Shown here one piece after another: positions 10,770 to 21,200 of a stretch of DNA of 64,000 nucleotides. The notes beneath the pieces were generated by a model that did no database searches, was not told the DNA's origin, and saw only the letters and a program-made list of their open reading frames with translations. Origin of the DNA: an uncultured Alphaproteobacteria bacterium (lineage in GTDB: Bacteria > Pseudomonadota > Alphaproteobacteria > CAAHEQ01 > UBA3637); contig CALXWZ010000001.1 of the NCBI GenBank assembly GCA_944392555.1, forward strand, positions 65,810 through 129,809, in the 5' to 3' direction. The number at the start of each line of letters is the position of its first letter. The stretch's first letter is position 1. The position numbers were made by a program, and so were the translations under genes.

Positions 10770-11507
10770 CTAATACGTTATATGCACGAAATAAAGACCT
10801 TGCGCCGGGGCTGTTTGTCCGCCCGCACGGCGATCCTTGGCGTCCAAAGCGGTTTGCAAATCCGCTTTATCCCATTTCCCGCACCCGACGTTAACAAGCG
10901 TTCCGACGATATTACGCACTTGATGATGTAAAAAGGAACGGGCTTTAATCGTCATTTCAATATGGTTATCATTTGTGCGAATCAGTTGGATATAATTGAG
11001 TGTTTTTATCGGCGACTTTGCTTGACACTCCGATGCGCGGAATGTGGAAAAATCGTGCTTGCCGACGAGGATTTGCGCGGCCTCATTCATCTTATTAACA
11101 TCCAGCGGATATTTATACCACCAGACGCGATTGACTTCCAATGCCGGCGGATAGGGTGTATTCAATATCCGATACAGATAAGTGCGCTCTTTGGCATCAA
11201 ACCGCGCATGAAATGTATCGCTCACTTGTTCAACTTGATGAATGCTGACAGGATACGGGCGCACAAGCGCATTTAACGATTCGCGTAGACGAAAGCAATC
11301 AATTTGTGTTGCCGTATCAAAATGTGCCACTTGTCCCAAAGCATGAACGCCCGTATCCGTCCGCCCGGAACCGAAAAGCGGTGTTTCGGCACGCAATGCC
11401 GTTTTGAGGGCATTTTCCAAGACTTCCTGAACGGAAATCCCGTCTTTTTGACGTTGCCAACCCACAAACGGCGTGCCGTCATATTCAATCAATAATTTAT
11501 ACCGCAA
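10770..11507 (-). CDS. truA: tRNA pseudouridine(38-40) synthase
   Basis: 245 aa. MRYKLLIEYDGTPFVGWQRQ is the TruA signature start. Confidence 0.9.
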   Translation of the reverse strand: MRYKLLIEYDGTPFVGWQRQKDGISVQEVLENALKTALRAETPLFGSGRTDTGVHALGQVAHFDTATQIDCFRLRESLNALVRPYPVSIHQVEQVSDTFHARFDAKERTYLYRILNTPYPPALEVNRVWWYKYPLDVNKMNEAAQILVGKHDFSTFRASECQAKSPIKTLNYIQLIRTNDNHIEMTIKARSFLHHQVRNIVGTLVNVGCGKWDKADLQTALDAKDRRAGGQTAPAQGLYFVHITY

Positions 11508-12408
11508 ATCGCTCTCCTTGTTTCAATGAAGAGCCTAACATAAATTCTTCCGCCGTCATGGCGCGTTTGCCTTCTCGTTGGAGTTTGCGAATGCGCAAAA
11601 CCGTATGGTCTCCGCAGGCTACGGATAGGGTATCATCAATAAGTGTCCCTGCCGGTAATGAAGTTGTTGCTTTCGATACGTCGGCCTCGTAAATTTTAAT
11701 GCGTTCGCCGTTTAATGTGGTGTAGGCAACGGGAAACGGATTAAATGCCATAATGTTGCGCTTAATTTGAATGGCTGGGAGAGACCAATCAATCAATGCT
11801 TCTTCTTTTTGGATTTTTTCGGCATACGTGACGCCTTCCGTGGGTTGCTTTTGCGGTGTCGGCAAATCGGCCAGTGCTTTGATAATTAACTCGGCGCCGA
11901 TAGAAGCCAATGAATCATGCAACATTTGCGCGGTGGTATCCGGTGTAATGGCGCAAGCGCCTTTTAGCAACATATCCCCCGTATCCAACCCGACATCCAT
12001 TTTCATAATCGTAACGCCCGACTCCGCATCACCGGCCTGAATGGCGCGTTGAATCGGCGCGGCACCACGCCAACGCGGTAATAAGGAGGCATGCACGTTA
12101 ATACATCCCAACTTCGGCGCTTCTAACACAGGTTGCGGTAAAATCAATCCGTAGGCGCATACAACAGCCACATCCGCATTGAGCGACGCAAATTCGGCTT
12201 GTGCATCTGGCTTGCGTAAAGAAACGGGTGTGCGAACGGGAATGCCGAGCCGTTCGGCCGTTTGTTGAACGGGAGAGGGATTGACTTTATGCCCGCGTCC
12301 CGATGGCCTCGGCGGTTGCGTGTAAACGCAAATGACGTGATGATGTTGTGCCAAGGCTTCTAATACCGGCACGGAAAATTCGGGCGTCCCCATAAAAATA
12401 ATGTTCAT
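11497..12408 (-). CDS. fmt: Methionyl-tRNA formyltransferase
   Basis: MNIIFMGTPEF start has an AAGGA ribosome-binding site. The track ORF extends to 12435, but the internal ATG at 12408 is the more likely start. Confidence 0.85.
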   Translation of the reverse strand: MNIIFMGTPEFSVPVLEALAQHHHVICVYTQPPRPSGRGHKVNPSPVQQTAERLGIPVRTPVSLRKPDAQAEFASLNADVAVVCAYGLILPQPVLEAPKLGCINVHASLLPRWRGAAPIQRAIQAGDAESGVTIMKMDVGLDTGDMLLKGACAITPDTTAQMLHDSLASIGAELIIKALADLPTPQKQPTEGVTYAEKIQKEEALIDWSLPAIQIKRNIMAFNPFPVAYTTLNGERIKIYEADVSKATTSLPAGTLIDDTLSVACGDHTVLRIRKLQREGKRAMTAEEFMLGSSLKQGERFAV

Positions 12409-12519
12409 TGCACTATATCCTTTTTCTTCATTCATTTATTCTTTCGGCGTTTCAATCATCATAAACTTAAACGGTTGATAATCGGCGCGCACCCGAATTC
12501 GGTTTATTTTATCTTAACG

Positions 12520-12640
12520 CAATCGCTTTCTCAACTCAAATACTTATCTCAACCCAATCGCTTTCTCAACCCAACTACTTAATCTCAACCCAACCGCTTA
12601 TCTCAATTCAATCGCCACTTCTCAAACTCTGAATGCCGTC
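12520..12640. repeat. Degenerate direct repeats (atctcaacccaa family) in the def-fmt intergenic region
   Basis: caatcgctttctcaacccaa / acttatctcaaccc repeated about 5 times. A related motif occurs at 39420-39575. Confidence 0.5.
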
Positions 12641-12728
12641 AATAAAAGACGTTTGCAAAATGCACCGCGACGGTTAATTGCACTGCGTTTTGCAAACAAA
12701 CCGATTTCGGCAACGCAGGAAAGCAAAG

Positions 12729-13256
12729 TTATTCCCCGCTTTCTTCCGCTTCACGCCGTCGCCGTTTTTCAAGATGCTTGACCAATCGACTGCGTTTCAG
12801 CGGTGAGAGATGATCAATAAATAAAATCCCGTCCAGATGTTCTAATTCATGTTGCACGCAAATTGCCAACAATCCGGTTGCTTTGCGTTCGCGCACTTTT
12901 CCCGTTTCATCCGTGTATTGAACAACTACCCATTCGTATCGCTCCACATCGGCATATTCCCGCGGAATGGATAAGCATCCTTCATTATGCAAAACCATAT
13001 CGGGAGATTTTTCAATAATAACGGGATTTACCATCTTAATCGGATCGGGCTTTTCATCTTCGCCGGCGCAATCCATCACCACGAGCCGTTTTAATTCGCC
13101 GACTTGATTGCCGGCTAATCCGACGCCGTTCGTGGCATACATTGTTTCCAGCATATCACTTAATAATTGTTGTATTTCAGGGGTGACCGCTTCAACCGGT
13201 TCGGCTTTTTGGCGTAAAACGGTATGCGGTATTTCAAAAATTTTTAATTGTGCCAT
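12729..13256 (-). CDS. def: Peptide deformylase
   Basis: 175 aa. Motifs GVGLAGNQVG, EGCLS and HELEHLDG. Confidence 0.9.
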   Translation of the reverse strand: MAQLKIFEIPHTVLRQKAEPVEAVTPEIQQLLSDMLETMYATNGVGLAGNQVGELKRLVVMDCAGEDEKPDPIKMVNPVIIEKSPDMVLHNEGCLSIPREYADVERYEWVVVQYTDETGKVRERKATGLLAICVQHELEHLDGILFIDHLSPLKRSRLVKHLEKRRRREAEESGE

Positions 13257-13322
13257 TTTTCCTTTCCTTTTTTGTTTTTTTCATTATATACTGTTTTTAT
13301 CGTTTTGGAAAGGAGTTTTTTT

Positions 13323-13874
13323 ATGATACGTTTATTTGTCGGTATTGATTTGCCCGAAGAAATAAAAGACGAGTTATATGCGTTGCGGGGCGGGCTGTTT
13401 GGGGCTCAATGGCACACAAAAGAACGGTTGAATTTAAATTTGAGGTTTGTGGGCAATGTGGAAGAACCGGTTGCCGAGGAAGTATTAAAAGAGTTGCGGT
13501 ATGTTCGCTTTCCCGCATTTCACATGGCGTTTAAAGAAATCGGTTATTTTGCTTACGGTGATCAGCCCCACCATATTTGGACAGGGGTGGACACACCGCA
13601 TATTATCAGCGAATTGCAAGAAAAAATTGATCGTGCCGTTATCAGTGCCGGTGCGGGAAATGCCGATAAGTTTAAATTTGTGCCACATGTTTCACTTGCC
13701 AAATTGCAAGGCACAACAATGGATGAAGTATTTGAATATATCAAGCGGAATAATTTATTTCGCTCTAAACCGTTTTTAGTGGATTCGTTTTGTTTGTTCG
13801 CCAGTCATGCACGCGAAAACGGAGAAGGGAAATATTATACCGTTGAAGAAACGTATCCGCTCAGTTTGGTTTAA
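13323..13874 (+). CDS. 2H phosphoesterase family protein (ThpR / 2'-5' RNA ligase-like)
   Basis: Start MIRLFVGIDLPEE with a GGAAAGGAG ribosome-binding site. Second motif HVSL is present. The first H-x-T-x motif appears replaced by NLNL. Confidence 0.65.
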   Translation: MIRLFVGIDLPEEIKDELYALRGGLFGAQWHTKERLNLNLRFVGNVEEPVAEEVLKELRYVRFPAFHMAFKEIGYFAYGDQPHHIWTGVDTPHIISELQEKIDRAVISAGAGNADKFKFVPHVSLAKLQGTTMDEVFEYIKRNNLFRSKPFLVDSFCLFASHARENGEGKYYTVEETYPLSLV

Positions 13875-14676
13875 ATCGTTTGAGCAAGCGATGCCGTCGA
13901 TGCGCGTATTCGGAAAAGCATAATAAAATACTCATTAAAAAGCCCGAAGCAAACAATGTGTTCCCGATATAGGGAATCAGATAGATGAACATGGCATTAT
14001 GCCCGATTAACAATAAGCAGATTACCCAAGAAAGTGAAAATGTATCTTTTTTGGGAGAGATATGGTAGTAAATGCATCTTAATTGCAGAAGAGCGCAGGC
14101 ACCTAAAAATAATGATACCCCGCCGATATAAATAACGGGAGAAAGCAATACGGTCATATACAGTGTATTGAGTTGTATTATTGAGATAATGTCCGTTATC
14201 AGCAAAGATAAAATCGGAAAGAAAAAACAAATTAAATAGGCGTAAAATTTTTCATGAACGGGTAAGTATTCCACATGTTTGCGCAAACAATGCCGAAATA
14301 AAGAGGCAAATAATACCACCAACAATCCCCCGATACCGCCATACATACATTCCATACCCCATGAAATGCGCCCTAAAATAATGAAATAAACGGCATAGAG
14401 AAAAATAAACGTCAGCGGTGAATCCTTGATTTTGTCGGGTGCTTTTGCGTGTAAATATTGTTGTCTGCGGAAAAAGAAATTAGCAAGCAAGGCCGATAAT
14501 GCCGGTATCCAAACCGTGCTCCAAAAAACAGGAATGATTTGTGATAAAATAAAGTGCCCGTTGCGTTGATAGGTATCCAGCAAATAGGTTAATGACATCA
14601 TATAAAAAGGCGGACATAGCGTATAAACGCAGAGTAAAATAAAATGACGTATTTTGTCCGCATAAATCAGTTTCAT
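13861..14676 (-). CDS. Polytopic membrane protein of unknown function
   Basis: About 8 hydrophobic segments. Likely start MKLIYADK at 14676, 2 nt after the upstream gene's stop. The track ORF extends to 14862 and overlaps that gene. Confidence 0.5.
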   Translation of the reverse strand: MKLIYADKIRHFILLCVYTLCPPFYMMSLTYLLDTYQRNGHFILSQIIPVFWSTVWIPALSALLANFFFRRQQYLHAKAPDKIKDSPLTFIFLYAVYFIILGRISWGMECMYGGIGGLLVVLFASLFRHCLRKHVEYLPVHEKFYAYLICFFFPILSLLITDIISIIQLNTLYMTVLLSPVIYIGGVSLFLGACALLQLRCIYYHISPKKDTFSLSWVICLLLIGHNAMFIYLIPYIGNTLFASGFLMSILLCFSEYAHRRHRLLKRFKPN

Positions 14677-14680
14677 TTTT

Positions 14681-15361
14681 CTATCCCAACATTTTTGTAA
14701 ATGAAATAACACGCCCGAGCACTTGAACCAAACGATAGTCTTCCGCCGTAATCGGTAAATATTTCGGATTATCCGAGAGGATACGAACGGAATTATCCAA
14801 CGGATTGATTTGAACTCTTTTAACAACCAGTTTTTCACCGATGGAAAACAGATAAATCCCATCTCCGACGGGGGATTGACAGGATATATCTACCCATACA
14901 AAGTCCCCGTTATTGATGGTAGGTTCCATACTGTCCCCAACCACTTTTAAAATTTTTATTAATTCGGGGCGCGCAGTTGTTATTTCGCGGAAGGCTTGAA
15001 CCGACATTAGGTGTTGCCCGATAACATGTGTTTTAAAATTACAATGACCGTCGCCACAACAAGCAATGGCATCTATCACTTCCAAAACAACGTTTTCGCC
15101 GGATTCGGATTCATTTTGATGTCCGCATAAAAGCCATTGCCAATCAATCCGAAGAATTTTGCCGTAAGCAACGGCCTCTTTTTCACTTAAAGAACGCTCT
15201 CCGTTTTCTTGCTTTTGATATTTTGCGTAAGAAAATGCGCGCCCGTTTTGCCCGTATTTTTGATAAAACTCCCATGCATTGCAACAACCGAGTTTTTTGC
15301 GCGCGAAAATCAGCCTTTCGGCTTGCGTAAAGATGTTATCGGGTAGGGCGGTGTGCATCAT
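14681..15361 (-). CDS. HTH - S24 peptidase (LexA / phage CI-like) repressor
   Basis: C-terminal VVGDSMEPTINNGDFVWVD ... KRV carries a Ser/Lys dyad. The N-terminal region is predicted to be an HTH. Confidence 0.7.
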   Translation of the reverse strand: MMHTALPDNIFTQAERLIFARKKLGCCNAWEFYQKYGQNGRAFSYAKYQKQENGERSLSEKEAVAYGKILRIDWQWLLCGHQNESESGENVVLEVIDAIACCGDGHCNFKTHVIGQHLMSVQAFREITTARPELIKILKVVGDSMEPTINNGDFVWVDISCQSPVGDGIYLFSIGEKLVVKRVQINPLDNSVRILSDNPKYLPITAEDYRLVQVLGRVISFTKMLG

Positions 15362-15672
15362 TTTCTTCCTTGTTTGTTATTCTTCCTTTTCCCCCTTATA
15401 AGCCAATTTTTACCCTTATTAGGCAAGGGTCTTTATAGATACGTTGCTTTATAAGTGAAATAAAAATATAGGTAGTATAAAAGAGTTTAGTTTTTTTGTC
15501 AAATTAAATTTGAACTGATGAGTGTTTTGTGATTATTTGTGTGCATTTTAAGATTCTGGGCAAAAAGAGCGAGATGAAATGACTTTCTGCCCGAATAGCA
15601 ATATATTTTTTTACTTGACAATCGGTATGATTTGCCGAAAATAAATTTGTTTAATGACTAAACGGAGGGACA

Positions 15673-16281
15673 ATGGGACAACTTGTAAACAAAACAGCTT
15701 TGATTTTGGGCGTAGCATTGTATACGGCCACATCTTTTGCGGCAGATATTTCTTTGCCGACACCGCAAACAAGCGGAGGTATGCCGTTGATGGACGTTAT
15801 CAGTGCGCGTCGTTCGGAGCGGACATTTTCTCCGAGAGAATTGGATTTGCAAACCGTTTCAAATATATTGTGGAGCGCTTACGGTATTTCATCGCCCGAT
15901 GGTAAACGCACAATACCAACGGCGCGCAATCTGCAAAATCTGCGTGTTTATGCTTTGACACCGAAAGGGGCTTTTCTTTACGATGCGACAGGGAATAAAC
16001 TGGTGGAAGTAACCAATAAAGATTTGCGCCCGTTGTTGGCTGAAAAGCAAGCTTATGCCGGTGTTGCGCCGTTGACATTGATATTCGTGGGTGATGGCGG
16101 TAAATATGACGGTATGCACGCCGGCTCCGCTTATCAAAATGCGGCTTTGTATTGCGTTTCGGCAGGATTAAATCAAGTGGTGCGCGGATTGGTAGATAAT
16201 GAGGCGTTGGCCAAGGAATTGCGGTTGGATAATTCGCAGGCTGTCATCGTTTCGCTCACAATCGGACGAAAACCTGACTGA
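15673..16281 (+). CDS. Secreted SagB-type dehydrogenase / nitroreductase-family protein
   Basis: Signal peptide. Nitroreductase-like motifs ARRSERTFSP..LSNILWSAYG. Confidence 0.6.
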   Translation: MGQLVNKTALILGVALYTATSFAADISLPTPQTSGGMPLMDVISARRSERTFSPRELDLQTVSNILWSAYGISSPDGKRTIPTARNLQNLRVYALTPKGAFLYDATGNKLVEVTNKDLRPLLAEKQAYAGVAPLTLIFVGDGGKYDGMHAGSAYQNAALYCVSAGLNQVVRGLVDNEALAKELRLDNSQAVIVSLTIGRKPD

Positions 16282-16482
16282 TGACTCTTGCAAGGTATTC
16301 GTTTTTAATTGCCTTAACAATGTAAAAAAAACGGGTATTTTTTTGTAATTTTCGGTGATTTGATAAATAAATTCGCAATTTTCTTTTTTTGCGAGGGGAT
16401 ATTTTTTACTTGCATTTAGAAAGAAAAAAATATATAATCCGCCTAACTATTCATTATTTTGAAGATGTGAGGAGAAGTCAGG

Positions 16483-16704
16483 ATGGCAAAAGAAGAAGTT
16501 TTGCAATTTACGGGAACCGTGACGGAAGCACTGCCGAATGCAACTTTTCGCGTAACGTTGGAAAACGGTCACGAAATCATTGCGCACACTTCGGGAAAAA
16601 TGCGTAAATTTCGGATTCGCGTGATGGTGGGCGATAAAGTTGAAATTGAAATGACGCCGTATGATTTATCAAAAGGGCGTATTGCATTCCGTCATAAAGC
16701 ATAA
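16483..16704 (+). CDS. infA: Translation initiation factor IF-1
   Basis: 73 aa, conserved across its whole length ([20 protein letters not shown]). Confidence 0.95.
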   Translation: MAKEEVLQFTGTVTEALPNATFRVTLENGHEIIAHTSGKMRKFRIRVMVGDKVEIEMTPYDLSKGRIAFRHKA

Positions 16705-16768
16705 AATCGGCAACTGCGTGAAGAAACGGCGCGCATTTTGTTGCCCATAAACAAAAGGGAGGCGTTCG

Positions 16769-18124
16769 GTGTATACACAGTTAGGCATTTTATTATCGGT
16801 CGGCGTTTTATTTTTGGCGAGTGTCGGCGGTTTTTTGATACCGTTTTTGCGTAAAAGAACGCAAGAGGTTTCGTTATTACCGTTCTCATGGGGTTGTGCC
16901 ATTTTATTTACGGTGGCTTTGCTATTGCAACAGGGTGTTTCCTTGTGGTTCGGTGTTTCGACGCTTTTTCCGAAGGAGTGGGCCGTTTTCTTTTTAATGT
17001 TGGCAGGTCTTGCGGGAATGCCGATGTTATTGGGCAAATCGTTGGTTAAACAATCTGCTTGTTTATTTGCTTTGTGTTTTATGGCGCTTTTTATATTGCC
17101 GAGTCCATTGTTTGGTTTGACGGCTTGGTGGAGCGATGCGCTCGTGCGCGTTATGCTTGCCGGAGTATGGACGTTTTTTATTCTTCTTTTCACGGAAACA
17201 GATCGGGTGCCGATGGAAAGTTATATATTGAGTATGGCTTTCTTTTTGCTTTTTTTGCTGATGTCCATCGGTATATTCGGTATTTTTCCCGTCGGGTTAT
17301 TTTCATTTTTTGCAACGGTTTTAACGTTAATTCTCGTTTCATTGATTTTATATAAAAAAGTCGGTTTTTTCTGGATGGGATTCCCGATGATTTTTGCGGT
17401 TATGTTTATTGCGGGTTATTTCTTTATACGGTTGGCCGTGATGCCGAACGGGGCGTATGTGTTGATTATGTTGGGGTATCCGATTATGGAAGGAGTGATT
17501 GCGGGTGCATTGAATTTATATCGGTATCGGCAATTGTTTCCGTTGCAAGTGCCATTTTTAACCGAGCGGGCATTCAGTTTACAATTATCGGTTAAAAAAG
17601 TTTTTCAAAAGGTTTTTTATGCTATTTTGTTGACGGGTATTATCGGTATGCTGGGAATGCAAAGTTCCATGCAGTATTTCGGCGTCAGTTTAGCGATGGC
17701 TGTTATTATCTTATATGGTTTGTTTATCGGATTTACGCGTAATCCCACGAAAGTTTCTTTTAAAAATTTAGGTAAAGATGCTCAAAACGGCTGGCGAACA
17801 CTTATGCAGGAAATCAAAACATTTCCCTTGAAACAAGCGCAACAGAAGGAAATGCCCTCTGCTTTGCAAACTGCGCCCGATGAAGTGACTTCTCAATCCG
17901 AACAAAGCGGTTATGGTGTTGCTTCGGGTAAAAAAGTGAGTGCGGAATCTTCCGAGCGAGCAGGTGAACAATCTGCAAGCGCTTTTGTTGCGCCATCAAA
18001 GAAAACGGTTGTGAAGCATTCAAAATCGGCACGTTCTGCGCAAAAGAAGCCTGCCCAAATAAAACAAAGCAAAAAACAAATAACAAAAAACCACCCATTG
18101 CGGGCGACGAAAAAAGCAAAATAG
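16769..18124 (+). CDS. Integral membrane protein with Lys/Ser-rich C-terminal tail
   Basis: GTG start with a GGGAGG ribosome-binding site. About 10 TM helices. The competing minus-strand ORF 16669-17193 was rejected. Confidence 0.55.
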   Translation: MYTQLGILLSVGVLFLASVGGFLIPFLRKRTQEVSLLPFSWGCAILFTVALLLQQGVSLWFGVSTLFPKEWAVFFLMLAGLAGMPMLLGKSLVKQSACLFALCFMALFILPSPLFGLTAWWSDALVRVMLAGVWTFFILLFTETDRVPMESYILSMAFFLLFLLMSIGIFGIFPVGLFSFFATVLTLILVSLILYKKVGFFWMGFPMIFAVMFIAGYFFIRLAVMPNGAYVLIMLGYPIMEGVIAGALNLYRYRQLFPLQVPFLTERAFSLQLSVKKVFQKVFYAILLTGIIGMLGMQSSMQYFGVSLAMAVIILYGLFIGFTRNPTKVSFKNLGKDAQNGWRTLMQEIKTFPLKQAQQKEMPSALQTAPDEVTSQSEQSGYGVASGKKVSAESSERAGEQSASAFVAPSKKTVVKHSKSARSAQKKPAQIKQSKKQITKNHPLRATKKAK

Positions 18125-18175
18125 TATCGGTGAGGCATAGAAAAACAATTTATCCGATATTATGAGGATGAAAAG

Positions 18176-20206
18176 ATGATACCAATGTATGAAAAGCCCG
18201 AATTGACGGGCGATGCGGGATTTAAATTGAAATCGGCGTTTCAGCCGGCAGGAGATCAACCCGAAGCCATTCGGGAGTTGGTGGCGGGATTGCGCGCCGA
18301 AAAGAAAAATCAAGTGTTGCTCGGCATTACGGGTTCGGGTAAAACGTTTACCATGGCGCATATTATTAACGAAATGCAACGTCCGGCCTTGATTTTGGCG
18401 CATAATAAAACACTGGCGGCACAACTATATGCCGAAATGAAAACTTTTTTCCCCGAAAATGCTGTTGAATATTTTGTTTCGTATTACGATTATTACCAAC
18501 CCGAAGCATATATTCCGCGAACGGATACGTATATTGAAAAAGATTCGGCCATCAACGAACAGATAGATAGATTACGGCATGCGGCAACGCGTCATATTCT
18601 GGAACGGCGAGACGTGATTATTGTTTCTTCCGTTTCGTGTATTTACGGCTTAGGCTCGGCGGAATCATATTCATCTATGGCGTTTTCGTTGCGCAAAGGG
18701 GAAGAAGTTGATCCGCGGGATATTGTGCGTCAGTTGGTGGAGTTGCAGTATAAACGAAATGATATTGCTTTTGAACGGGGCAATTTTCGGTTGAACGGTG
18801 ATGTGTTGGATATTTTCCCCTCACACTATGATGATTTGGCATGGCGGTTGATGTTTTTCGGGGATGAGATTGAATCCATATTTGAATTTGACCCGTTAAC
18901 GGGGAAAAAGAAATTAGAATTGCCTGAAATAACGGTTTTCCCTGCCAGTCACTATGTGACACCGCGTCCCGCTCTCTCGCAGGCGATTAAGACTATTCGG
19001 GCAGAGTTAAAAGACAGATTGGCTTTTTTTGAATCGGAGGGAAAAGTTTTAGAAGCCCAGCGGTTAGCCTCGCGCACGCGGTATGATTTGGAAATGTTGG
19101 AAGCCACAGGCTCATGTAAGGGAATTGAAAACTATTCGCGCCACTTGACGGGACGTAAGGCCGGTGAAGCCCCGCCGACATTATTTGAGTATCTGCCGAA
19201 TGATGCGATTGTGTTTGTAGATGAAAGCCACGTCACAATTCCGCAGTTGGGCGCTATGTATCGGGGCGATTTTGCGCGAAAAAGCACGTTATCGGAGTAT
19301 GGGTTTCGGTTGCCGAGTTGTAAAGATAACCGTCCGCTGAAATTTGAAGAGTGGAATAAAATGAGGCCGAAAACAATCTTTGTGTCGGCCACACCGGGAC
19401 CGTTTGAATTAGAACAGACAAAAGGCGTCTTTACGGAACAAATTATTCGCCCGACCGGATTACTGGATCCCGAATGTATTATTCGCCCCGTTGCGGGGCA
19501 GGTGGAAGACTTGATGGCGGAGTGTCGTGAGGTATCGCAACACGGCGGACGGGTGCTCGTAACAACGCTGACGAAGAAAATGGCGGAAGATTTAACGGAG
19601 TATTTATCGGAAAACGGAATAAAAGTTCGATATTTGCATTCGGATATTGATACCTTGGAGCGAATCCAGATTTTGCGGGATTTGCGGTTAGGCACATTTG
19701 AGGTTTTAGTTGGGATTAACCTGCTACGCGAGGGGTTAGATATTCCGGAAGTGGAGTTGGTAGCCATTTTAGACGCGGATAAAGAGGGCTTTTTGCGTTC
19801 GGCAACCTCACTCATTCAAACAATCGGACGGGCAGCTCGGAATGTGAACGGACGCGTGATTTTGTATGCCGATAAGATGACAAAGTCCATAGAAACGGCT
19901 GTTGGCGAAACGAATCGCAGACGGGCCAAGCAAATGGCGTTTAATGCCGAGCATCATATCCAACCGAAAGGCATAGAAAAAGCGGTGCCTGATTTGATTC
20001 GTGACTTTAATGATTTAGTGGGTGGTAATCAAAGTGAGGCAACGGCGCAAACGGAAGTAGAAGTGATTGAAAATCTGCCTGATATTATTGAAAAGTTGCG
20101 TAAGCAAATGCTGAAAGCGGCCGATGATTTGAATTTTGAAGAAGCTGCCAAATTGCGTGACAGGATACAGAAATTGGAAGAAATGTCGCTAACGGATATG
20201 GCATAA
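18176..20206 (+). CDS. uvrB: Excinuclease ABC subunit B
   Basis: 676 aa. Walker A GITGSGKT, helicase motifs, and a UVR domain at the C-terminus. Confidence 0.95.
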   Translation: MIPMYEKPELTGDAGFKLKSAFQPAGDQPEAIRELVAGLRAEKKNQVLLGITGSGKTFTMAHIINEMQRPALILAHNKTLAAQLYAEMKTFFPENAVEYFVSYYDYYQPEAYIPRTDTYIEKDSAINEQIDRLRHAATRHILERRDVIIVSSVSCIYGLGSAESYSSMAFSLRKGEEVDPRDIVRQLVELQYKRNDIAFERGNFRLNGDVLDIFPSHYDDLAWRLMFFGDEIESIFEFDPLTGKKKLELPEITVFPASHYVTPRPALSQAIKTIRAELKDRLAFFESEGKVLEAQRLASRTRYDLEMLEATGSCKGIENYSRHLTGRKAGEAPPTLFEYLPNDAIVFVDESHVTIPQLGAMYRGDFARKSTLSEYGFRLPSCKDNRPLKFEEWNKMRPKTIFVSATPGPFELEQTKGVFTEQIIRPTGLLDPECIIRPVAGQVEDLMAECREVSQHGGRVLVTTLTKKMAEDLTEYLSENGIKVRYLHSDIDTLERIQILRDLRLGTFEVLVGINLLREGLDIPEVELVAILDADKEGFLRSATSLIQTIGRAARNVNGRVILYADKMTKSIETAVGETNRRRAKQMAFNAEHHIQPKGIEKAVPDLIRDFNDLVGGNQSEATAQTEVEVIENLPDIIEKLRKQMLKAADDLNFEEAAKLRDRIQKLEEMSLTDMA

Positions 20207-20371
20207 AAACAGGGTGTATTTGTCAGGCGCAAGAATGTCGGTTTCAAGTAAACGGGAGGCAAACGCAAGGGCTATGCGGAGCAGAGCGGAAAGAGCAGGA
20301 AGTCAGGGGATAATAAATCAGAAAACAAGATAATAAAGCGGAAAGCAAAAGTAGAAACGGGAGTTAAAGAG

Positions 20372-21199
20372 ATGATAAAAGTAGGATTGATTGTGGCAGG
20401 TGCGGTAGCCGTATATGCTGTTTTTGTGGGCATTTTGTATGTGACACAAGATTCATTTTTATATCATCCCATGCAACGCGGTTCCGAAACGGCAGAATTA
20501 ACCGCTCTGTTTCCCGAGATGAAAGAAGTTTCTTATTTTTTGCCGAGCGGAGAAAAGTTATACGCTTGGTATCGTCCTGCCAAAAAAGGGAAGAAAACGG
20601 TGATATACTTTCACGGGAATGCTTATAATGTTGAACATCACGGTTTGCGTCAGCCGGTGAAAATGCTTTATGAGAAAGGCTACGGCATTTTGTTGCCCGA
20701 ATATCGGGGATATGGCGATTTAAAAGGGAAACCCTCGCAATCATCCATGGAAGAAGATGCCGAAACAGCCGTTAAGTATTTGAACGGACAAGGTATTCGG
20801 AATAAAGATATTGTGTTATACGGGCATTCCATGGGAACCTATTTATCGGTTTACACGTCGGCCAAGCGTGGGCGAGAGGAAGCGTTTGCGGGTGTTGTGT
20901 TGGAAGCCCCGTTTTATTCGGCAGAATCGGTCGGTGAGCGATATTTTTACAATCTGGTTCCCGTAAAGCAACTGCTGAAAAATAAATATCCCTCGTATCG
21001 GTATATTGGGGAAATTAACACGCGCTTGATGATTGCGCACGGCAAGAAAGACAAAATTGTCCCGTTTGAAGAGGGTTGGCAATTATATAATGAGGCATCT
21101 GAACCGAAAACCTTTTTTGCAACGGAAAAAGCGGGGCATAATAATTTATCGGACTACGGATTTGCCGATGCAATGGCAGATTGGTTGGCGGGGAAATAG
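20372..21199 (+). CDS. Alpha/beta hydrolase (prolyl oligopeptidase/BEM46-like), membrane-anchored
   Basis: N-terminal TM segment. GHSMG nucleophile elbow. Confidence 0.65.
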   Translation: MIKVGLIVAGAVAVYAVFVGILYVTQDSFLYHPMQRGSETAELTALFPEMKEVSYFLPSGEKLYAWYRPAKKGKKTVIYFHGNAYNVEHHGLRQPVKMLYEKGYGILLPEYRGYGDLKGKPSQSSMEEDAETAVKYLNGQGIRNKDIVLYGHSMGTYLSVYTSAKRGREEAFAGVVLEAPFYSAESVGERYFYNLVPVKQLLKNKYPSYRYIGEINTRLMIAHGKKDKIVPFEEGWQLYNEASEPKTFFATEKAGHNNLSDYGFADAMADWLAGK

Positions 21200-21200
21200 T

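Noticed and set aside
14677-14862. Long N-terminal extension of the 333-aa membrane-protein ORF overlapping the S24 repressor gene by 182 nt
   Set aside because: The internal Met (MKLIYADK) lies 2 nt after the repressor stop, giving classic coupling. The extension is better explained as read-through of the open frame.
16669-17193. Minus-strand 174-aa ORF antisense to the membrane-protein gene
   Set aside because: It is fully nested inside the 451-aa plus-strand gene, which has a strong ribosome-binding site and coherent TM topology. The minus ORF has an odd Lys/Asn composition.
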